64,000 nucleotides of DNA from an uncultured Bacillota bacterium (GTDB taxonomy: Bacteria; Bacillota; Clostridia; Christensenellales; UBA1242), in assembly GCA_949289785.1 (NCBI GenBank), contig CASEOW010000035.1, forward strand, positions 13,851 through 77,850, read 5' to 3'. The position numbers and the translations under genes are program-made. This document shows, one piece after another, positions 57,921-64,000 of this stretch. Every line of letters starts with the position of its first letter. The first letter of the stretch is position 1. The notes below the pieces were generated by a model. That model searched no databases. It saw only the letters and a program-made list of their open reading frames with translations, and had not been told where the DNA came from.

Positions 57921-57923
57921 AAA

Positions 57924-58577
57924 TTATTTATTATTTATTTGCTTATTTACTTCGTCTGCAAGATTATCATTTCTTTTTTCAAGTCCTTCTCCCATTTCAA
58001 ATCTTGCAAATCTTCTTATAGATATTTTCTCACCTATTTGAAGAGTCTTTTCATTTATATAAGCTTGAATAGTAAGATTAGGATCTTTTACAAAAGTTTG
58101 TTCAAGAAGACAAACATCTTGATAGAATTTTTTTACTCTACCTTCAACCATTTTGTCTATAATTTGAGCAGGTTTTCCTTCATTTAATGCTTGATTTCTT
58201 AGAATTTCTTTTTCTTTTTCAAGTTCCTCAACTGGAACATCTTCTATTCTTACATATTTAGGTGCTGCTGCAGCAATTTGAAGAGCAACATCATGTCCGA
58301 TTTCTTGAAAAGCTTCTGTTTTAGCTACAAAATCTGTTTCACAATTAATTTCTACAAGCACACCAATTTTTCCACCCATATGAATGTATGATGTAACAAT
58401 ACCTTCAGATGCAATTCTTGATTGTTTTTTAGCAGCAGCTGCAATACCTTTTTCTCTAAGCCAAACTATAGCTTTTTCAAAATCTCCATCACATTCTACA
58501 AGAGCTTTTTTACAATCCATCATTCCTGCATTTGTTTTTGCTCTAAGTTCTGCAACATCTTTTGCTGTAAAATTCAT
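57924..58577 (-). CDS. tsf: Elongation factor Ts (short form, 217 aa)
   Basis: The UBA-like N-terminus [19 protein letters not shown] is followed by [17 protein letters not shown]. Confidence 0.95.
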   Translation of the reverse strand: MNFTAKDVAELRAKTNAGMMDCKKALVECDGDFEKAIVWLREKGIAAAAKKQSRIASEGIVTSYIHMGGKIGVLVEINCETDFVAKTEAFQEIGHDVALQIAAAAPKYVRIEDVPVEELEKEKEILRNQALNEGKPAQIIDKMVEGRVKKFYQDVCLLEQTFVKDPNLTIQAYINEKTLQIGEKISIRRFARFEMGEGLEKRNDNLADEVNKQINNK

Positions 58578-58579
58578 AA

Positions 58580-59488
58580 TTATTCTCCTTCTTCTTCAGA
58601 TTTTGTTTCATTAGAAACTTTTTCTTCTTTTGTTACTTCAGACTTATTTTCTTTCTTTTCAGTTTTTTTCTTTGAAGGTTTTTTTCTAGTATTTTTCTTT
58701 AAATTTTCTTCGCCTGCTTCTGCTATTTCAAGATTAGGTTTAGTTTCTGCAAGAACTTTTTCGATATCAATATCTTCATCTTGTTCTTCATCTTTTTTCA
58801 TAGAAACACCTTCTCTTGCTTCAATAACTGCATCAGCTAAAGCTGCAATAACAAGTTTTACACTTCTAATAGCATCATCGTTTCCAGGAATAACATATCC
58901 AATACCATCAGGGTTTCCATTAGTATCACAAAGACCAACCATTGGAATACCAAGAATTTTACATTCATTAACGCAAATGTGTTCTACATTTGGGTCAACA
59001 AGAATTACTGCACCTGGAAGTTCTCTCATTTCCTTAATTCCGCCTAAACTTTTTTCAAGTTTATCTCTTTCAGTCTTAAGTAATGTAACTTCTTTTTTAG
59101 GTAAAAGATCAAATTCACCAACTTTTTCCATTTGATTAAGTTTATTTAATCTTTCAATTCTTGATTTTATAGTTTTAAAGTTAGTTAAAAGTCCGCCGAG
59201 CCAATGCGAATTAATATAATACATTCCACATCTTTCAGCTTCCTCTTTTACAGCATCTTGTGCTTGTTTTTTTGTTCCTACGAAAAGAACGCTTTTTCCA
59301 CTAGCAACAACATCACGAATAAATATATAAGCTTTGTCTACTAGTTCTGAAGTTTGTTCTAGATTAATGATATGGATATCATTTCTTGCAGTAAAAATGT
59401 ATTTTTTCATTTTTGGATTCCATTTTCTTGTTTGATGTCCAAAATGAACGCCTGCTTCTAGAAGTTGTTTCATTGAAATAACTGACAT
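58580..59488 (-). CDS. rpsB: 30S ribosomal protein S2 with ~60-aa charged C-terminal tail
   Basis: [22 protein letters not shown] is present. The tail is K/E-rich ([27 protein letters not shown]...). Confidence 0.97.
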   Translation of the reverse strand: MSVISMKQLLEAGVHFGHQTRKWNPKMKKYIFTARNDIHIINLEQTSELVDKAYIFIRDVVASGKSVLFVGTKKQAQDAVKEEAERCGMYYINSHWLGGLLTNFKTIKSRIERLNKLNQMEKVGEFDLLPKKEVTLLKTERDKLEKSLGGIKEMRELPGAVILVDPNVEHICVNECKILGIPMVGLCDTNGNPDGIGYVIPGNDDAIRSVKLVIAALADAVIEAREGVSMKKDEEQDEDIDIEKVLAETKPNLEIAEAGEENLKKNTRKKPSKKKTEKKENKSEVTKEEKVSNETKSEEEGE

Positions 59489-59690
59489 TTTTCAAATTCC
59501 TCCTTTTTGTTTTTTGTCCTTCCCTATAGTTTTCAATCTCCTATTTACGACCCCAGATTTTATTAATCTTACAAATTGTGATATATAGTTTTGTTCACAA
59601 AATGGTTTTGGCAACTGTAAAAGAATATTCTATAGGTGCATATTTGTCCAATGACTAAATGATTATAGCATAAAAAATAAAAATATGCAA
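59489..59690 (-). promoter_or_regulatory. rpsB promoter (TTGCAT-17-TGcTATAAT) and ~170-nt structured leader
   Basis: On the - strand the -35 is at 59685-59690 and the extended -10 at 59662-59670. The leader contains hairpin TTGTGA-(13 nt)-TCACAA and a long-range CCTATAG/CTATAGG pairing near the RBS. Confidence 0.55.
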
Positions 59691-59765
59691 GAATTTATTT
59701 GAAATATTAAAAACAAAATAAAAATTTATAAATAAAAAATCTCTAATATATTAGAGATTTAAATT

Positions 59766-60812
59766 TTATATTAATTTCTTTTTATTGTTAGTTTTATATA
59801 TCGTAGCAACTATTGATGGTAGAACAAAAGATGAATTATATAATGTTACTATTAAACTTATAAGTATACCTAATGCTACATATCTAACACCTGGCACAGA
59901 TATAGCTATAAAAATTATAAAAAATAAAATTAACCAAATGTATATTATGGATTTTTTTATAAATATTTCTTTAGAAGTAGAATTAACTATATCTTTAAGA
60001 TTAGTATGTGAATACTTGTCAGTTTTTATATTATATTTGAGTTTACTATACAAATAGAAAATATTAAATAGACTTAGACACAAAGTTGTTAATAATACAA
60101 CACCAATGTTTAAAGAAACAACAATTCTACAGATAAGAATTAAAGATAAAACAGTTAATAAATCTAAAAAAACTATCATCAACATAGGAATAAAAGCTAA
60201 TTTGTTATATCTTAATGAAATATAAAGCATAGATGCTACTAAAGCAAAAACAATTCCGGCAAGTAATGCAATAACATAATCGAATGTTTGTATTGGCTGT
60301 ATATAATCTATATCAGAAACTGCTTGTGTATAATCATTATAACCAAAAGCAACTAATAAACTATCTTTTAATGTTTGATTTTGTTCATTAATTTTATCTT
60401 TTCCTAAAGTATTTGCAAAATCTACTTGAACTGCTTGACCATTAATTACTAAATAATCATCAATATTCATAGTTGCAGTTCTATAAGATGATATTTTAAT
60501 TCCTTGATTTGATAAAGTATCTTCAATTAAATTTTTTACTTTTTCATAATCTTTAGTATTGTTTAAGTCGTAACTAGCTATATTTTCACCAAAATTATTT
60601 TCATTGTTCACATAAATGGTAAATGTGCTATAACCAGTAAGTTGATTACTTAAGTTAAATCCTACAGTGCTAATTAAAATAATTCCTACTAGCATTAATA
60701 TTAATGGTGCAATAATAAAATATAAAAAGTTTTTGCAAATATCAAGTTTTGAATTTAAAAATTTTTCTTGTAATTTTACATCAATAGGTTTTTTCATAAC
60801 TTTCTTTTTCAT
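59766..60812 (-). CDS. secF: Protein translocase subunit SecF
   Basis: Polytopic membrane protein with a periplasmic-type loop and a C-terminal 5-TM bundle. It directly follows secD (overlapping stop/start). Confidence 0.88.
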   Translation of the reverse strand: MKKKVMKKPIDVKLQEKFLNSKLDICKNFLYFIIAPLILMLVGIILISTVGFNLSNQLTGYSTFTIYVNNENNFGENIASYDLNNTKDYEKVKNLIEDTLSNQGIKISSYRTATMNIDDYLVINGQAVQVDFANTLGKDKINEQNQTLKDSLLVAFGYNDYTQAVSDIDYIQPIQTFDYVIALLAGIVFALVASMLYISLRYNKLAFIPMLMIVFLDLLTVLSLILICRIVVSLNIGVVLLTTLCLSLFNIFYLYSKLKYNIKTDKYSHTNLKDIVNSTSKEIFIKKSIIYIWLILFFIIFIAISVPGVRYVALGILISLIVTLYNSSFVLPSIVATIYKTNNKKKLI

Positions 60813-62239
60813 TAATTATCACCCCCTTCATTAAAATGGGCAATATCAAGGTCTTGTGTTAAATTTAAGTTTTCTTCATCTTTATTTACAATCTTTTCTT
60901 CTTTAATTTCTTTAACTTTGCTATCTCTATAAAGATGCATTTTGTATGCTTTTGTGCTATTAATAGGCAAATATAATTTAATAAACCATCTTAATAATGC
61001 TAAAGAAATAAATAATGAAACTATAGAACCAAAGAAAATTGTAATAGCAAAGCATTTCATTGAATATGGTGCAAAGATCCAAACAAAAATTGAAGCAAGC
61101 ATAATCATTACATGACTATCAAATATAGGCCACAATGCTTTTTTTTGACCACCTTTACAAGAAAGATGTATTTTTTTACCTAAAGCATACTCTTCTTTAA
61201 TTTTTTCAAATACTATCGCAATAGCAATTAAAGAAATAAAGTAAGCAATAAGACAGCCAAAAACACCTGCAAGGTTAAGTGTTATAAAAGGAATTGATTG
61301 CATTAAAAATAAGAAAATGATTATAAAATAAAGATTTGCTAGGATGCCTAAGAGACCAAGAGAACCATATCTTATAAACATAAATATTAACGATAAAACA
61401 ACAATAATTAATGTTGCAATACCTATAAATAATAATATATTTTTTCCTAAGATAGCACTAATTGGACTAGTTTGAATAAGACTTATATCTTCAGATATAC
61501 TTCCACTTATTATTGAATAAGCCATCTCTGTTAATGTTGAAGTGTTAGAAGTAGAACCTGAATAAGCTCCTTCGCTGCTAGCATTAATATAAACTCCGTT
61601 TTTTAAATCATCTAGGCTAACTTCTGCCCAAAAACTATCTGAAGAAAGTTCTCCTAAATAAAAGTGAGCTGTTGTTTTTTTAGTTAAAGACGCATCATCT
61701 TTCATTTTAGCAATTGAATCTTTACCAAATTGGTTAAAAAATAATTTAATAGCGTAAGCAGAAGTGTCATAATTATAAGTTGGTTCTGCTTTTGCAATAT
61801 CCTCTCCAGTGATATAAGTAGTGGCATCAGTTACAGTGTCAGACAATTTTTCTAGTGTTACATACAATTTTTTTCCATTTGCAAAATTTACAAAACTAGC
61901 ATCTGTTTCGTTAGCATTTGAAGCTAAAATCCTAATTTTATCTTCACCTTGTCTTTCTACTACAATTTCTGAATACCCTGTAATAGAAAATATATCTTCA
62001 ATCTTGGTTATATTTTGATCTATTGTGGTAGATATTGATTGACCATTTGAACCACTTTCCACTTGATAAATAGCGCTCACTCCACCTTTTAAATCTAATC
62101 CTTTATCAATTGCAAAAATAAATCCATTATAATTATTAGTGGAAGCAGGAACTGCAAAAGGACATACACAAAGAAGTATGCCCAAAATAGCAATTATGAA
62201 TAACAATACAAAAGATACAATAGAATTTTTCTTTAACAT
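60812..62239 (-). CDS. secD: Protein translocase subunit SecD
   Basis: An N-terminal TM is followed by a large extracytoplasmic domain (GLDLKGGVS) and a C-terminal TM bundle. Confidence 0.9.
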   Translation of the reverse strand: MLKKNSIVSFVLLFIIAILGILLCVCPFAVPASTNNYNGFIFAIDKGLDLKGGVSAIYQVESGSNGQSISTTIDQNITKIEDIFSITGYSEIVVERQGEDKIRILASNANETDASFVNFANGKKLYVTLEKLSDTVTDATTYITGEDIAKAEPTYNYDTSAYAIKLFFNQFGKDSIAKMKDDASLTKKTTAHFYLGELSSDSFWAEVSLDDLKNGVYINASSEGAYSGSTSNTSTLTEMAYSIISGSISEDISLIQTSPISAILGKNILLFIGIATLIIVVLSLIFMFIRYGSLGLLGILANLYFIIIFLFLMQSIPFITLNLAGVFGCLIAYFISLIAIAIVFEKIKEEYALGKKIHLSCKGGQKKALWPIFDSHVMIMLASIFVWIFAPYSMKCFAITIFFGSIVSLFISLALLRWFIKLYLPINSTKAYKMHLYRDSKVKEIKEEKIVNKDEENLNLTQDLDIAHFNEGGDN

Positions 62240-62352
62240 TTAACAAAAATCCTTTTAAGATAAATAAAATTTAGAATTTATGTTTTTATTAAAAACAATT
62301 TACTCTCATAATTATATAGAATTAAAAGGACTATGTCAAATATTTTAATGTT

Positions 62353-62772
62353 TTAATTTGTACTTTTTTTAATATTTACACAAATTATTCCACAGATAGC
62401 GCCTATAACTGCACCAAATACTATATCAGTTAATAAAGTTACATCTAAACTAAAACTTGCACTTAATATTGAAAAAATTAGAAAAGCAAGAATAGTATAA
62501 ATAAAACCTATAAGCAATCCGCTAACTAGTCCTAATTCTTTAGAATTTTTAAGACCAATAAATACTCCTAAAAAAATACTTACACCTTTGATAACTTGGT
62601 TTACTGGTAAAATTATGCTATCAGAAATATTAGTAAACTTTAACAAAAATGCAAATACAAGCACAAGTATTAAAGAAATACAAAGTGCTATTAAACTGCC
62701 TTTAAAAACATATTTCATAATTGGAGAAGTTGTTCTAGTCTTAACAGCATTTTTATTTGCTTTCACTTTCAT
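62353..62772 (-). CDS. Small 4-TM membrane protein (YrzE/TIGR04086-like, unverified)
   Basis: 139 aa with four hydrophobic helices, located between yajC and secD. The family name is from memory only. Confidence 0.5.
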   Translation of the reverse strand: MKVKANKNAVKTRTTSPIMKYVFKGSLIALCISLILVLVFAFLLKFTNISDSIILPVNQVIKGVSIFLGVFIGLKNSKELGLVSGLLIGFIYTILAFLIFSILSASFSLDVTLLTDIVFGAVIGAICGIICVNIKKSTN

Positions 62773-62895
62773 AATTGACTCCTTTTTATATTTTTATACA
62801 TTTTGTTTAAAAATGATTTCATGATAAAATATGCTAAAAATTTATGAAAAATAACCTTTATAAAATTATTTTAATTAAATAAAAAATAATATAAA

Positions 62896-62926
62896 TAAAA
62901 AAACAAGGCAACGCCTTGTTTTTTTA
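62896..62926. terminator. Bidirectional terminator after yajC
   Basis: A-run-AACAAGGC-AAC-GCCTTGTT-T-run. Confidence 0.8.
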
Positions 62927-62940
62927 TTGTTAATAATAAT

Positions 62941-63477
62941 TTATTTATCTTCTGAAGTTTTCTTTTTTCTTCCTTTTTTAGAACTTTTATTTTCGTCCAA
63001 ATTTTCTTTTAATTTATCTTCTGTGTTTGCATTATTTAATTCTTCTTTATCGTTATTATTTTCAATTATATTACCAGTTTGATTATTTTCATTTAAATTT
63101 TCTTCTTTTTTTTCTGTTTCTTGTTGTTTATTTGTTTCATTAGAGTTTGAATTATTAGAAACAGAATCTTCTACTTTTTCTAATTCTTGTTCATCTCTAA
63201 AAATTGTATAAATTGCATATGCATCAACAGAAATATAACCTTTCTTTTTATCAACACCAGTTTCTATTGTAACTATAGTTTTTTCTCCTTCTTTATGAAG
63301 ATCGACAATAGTACCGTAAACTCCACTAGTTGTTAATACTTTATCACCTCTTTTTAGTGAATTAGTTTGTTCTTGCATTCTTTGATTTTCCTTTTTATTT
63401 CTTGAGGAAATTAAAATAGGATAAATAATAATTAAAAGAACAATAAAGACAATTAAAATAATTTGTGTTGCGTCCAT
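62941..63477 (-). CDS. yajC: Preprotein translocase subunit YajC with ~85-aa N/E/K-rich C-terminal extension
   Basis: An N-terminal TM is followed by the core RGDKVLTTSGVYGTIVDL. The low-complexity tail is not typical of YajC, which is usually ~90-110 aa. Confidence 0.85.
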   Translation of the reverse strand: MDATQIILIVFIVLLIIIYPILISSRNKKENQRMQEQTNSLKRGDKVLTTSGVYGTIVDLHKEGEKTIVTIETGVDKKKGYISVDAYAIYTIFRDEQELEKVEDSVSNNSNSNETNKQQETEKKEENLNENNQTGNIIENNNDKEELNNANTEDKLKENLDENKSSKKGRKKKTSEDK

Positions 63478-63540
63478 TTTTCCTCCTATAAATTATAACT
63501 AATCTTAACATAATTATATCATTTTTCAAAACATTTTAGA

Positions 63541-64000
63541 CTATATTTTTTTAGATTTTATTTCATTTTGCAATCTTATGATAAAATCTGACAAATTTAG
63601 TCCTGATTTATTTTCAAATCCTCTTCCCCTAATTGAAATAGTTTTATTTTGTTCTTCTTCATCACCTACAATAATAAGATAAGGTATTTTCATATTTAAA
63701 GCTTCTCTAATTTTATAACCAATTTTTTCATTTCTTAAATCAGTTTCTACTCTAATTCCTTCATCTTTAAGTTGTTGTGCAATAAGTTTTGCATAATCAT
63801 TATTTCTTTCTGTAAGTGATAAAACTTTTACTTGTTCAGGGCTAAGCCATAAAGGGAATGCTCCAGCGTATTTTTCAATTAAATAAGCAAGAGTTCTTTC
63901 ATAACAACCAATAGAAGTTCTATGAATTATATAAGGGTTTTTCTTAGAACCATCTTTATCTGTATATTCCATTCCAAATTTTTCAGCCAACATTTGATCT
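63541..64000 (-). CDS. thrS: Threonine-tRNA ligase, C-terminal part (5' end beyond window)
   Basis: The frame is open to the window edge. It contains the end of the class II core (IHRTSIGCYERTLAYLIE) and the anticodon-binding domain (PLWLSPEQVKVL...IGYKIREA...PYLIIVGDEE). Confidence 0.93.
   Translation of the reverse strand, partial: DQMLAEKFGMEYTDKDGSKKNPYIIHRTSIGCYERTLAYLIEKYAGAFPLWLSPEQVKVLSLTERNNDYAKLIAQQLKDEGIRVETDLRNEKIGYKIREALNMKIPYLIIVGDEEEQNKTISIRGRGFENKSGLNLSDFIIRLQNEIKSKKI

Overview
Very AT-rich, gene-dense chromosomal segment from a low-GC endospore-forming Firmicute. It looks Clostridia-like and uses the standard code 11: TGA is a stop and Trp is TGG. About 75 real protein genes are present, nearly all core housekeeping. 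The + strand block (1-18.7 kb) holds clpP-clpX, tRNA-Leu, a Phe T-box followed by pheS-pheT-cysteine desulfurase-thiI, then argR-recN-spoIVB, rny and a small export protein. A convergent strand switch occurs at ~18.8 kb. The - strand block (18.8-64 kb) holds serS, tgt-queA-ruvB-ruvA-ruvC, yebC, a TrmH-family methyltransferase, rplT-rpmI-infC, xseB-xseA-nusB-asp23, the complete spoIIIAA-AH operon and efp. It continues with truB-DHH-rbfA-infB-ylxQ-ylxR-nusA-rimP, rseP-cdsA-uppS-frr, tsf-rpsB, secF-secD, yajC and the thrS 3' end. I found no rRNA, CRISPR array, transposase/IS, prophage or recognisable known defence system, and I could not demonstrate a clear-cut novel multi-gene system. The best second-look candidates are listed here. 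(1) An autonomous 1012-aa surface-protein gene sits where pyrH normally lies between tsf and frr. (2) A 514-aa protein at the polC locus has only the PolC N-terminal, OB and exonuclease modules. (3) A PadR-type regulator is fused through ~430 aa of Asn-rich linker to a 4-TM domain. (4) An orphan 326-aa protein lies next to it. (5) A 14-nt GC-containing core is shared between a perfect palindrome and the region just upstream of an XerS-like recombinase, close to the strand switch, suggesting a terminus/dif region. (6) The tRNA-Leu anticodon reads AAG. (7) Three orphan genes follow that tRNA. Coordinates of small hand-counted features (hairpins, promoters) may be off by 1-2 nt. No database search, HMM or folding program was run, and all family assignments come from motif recognition.
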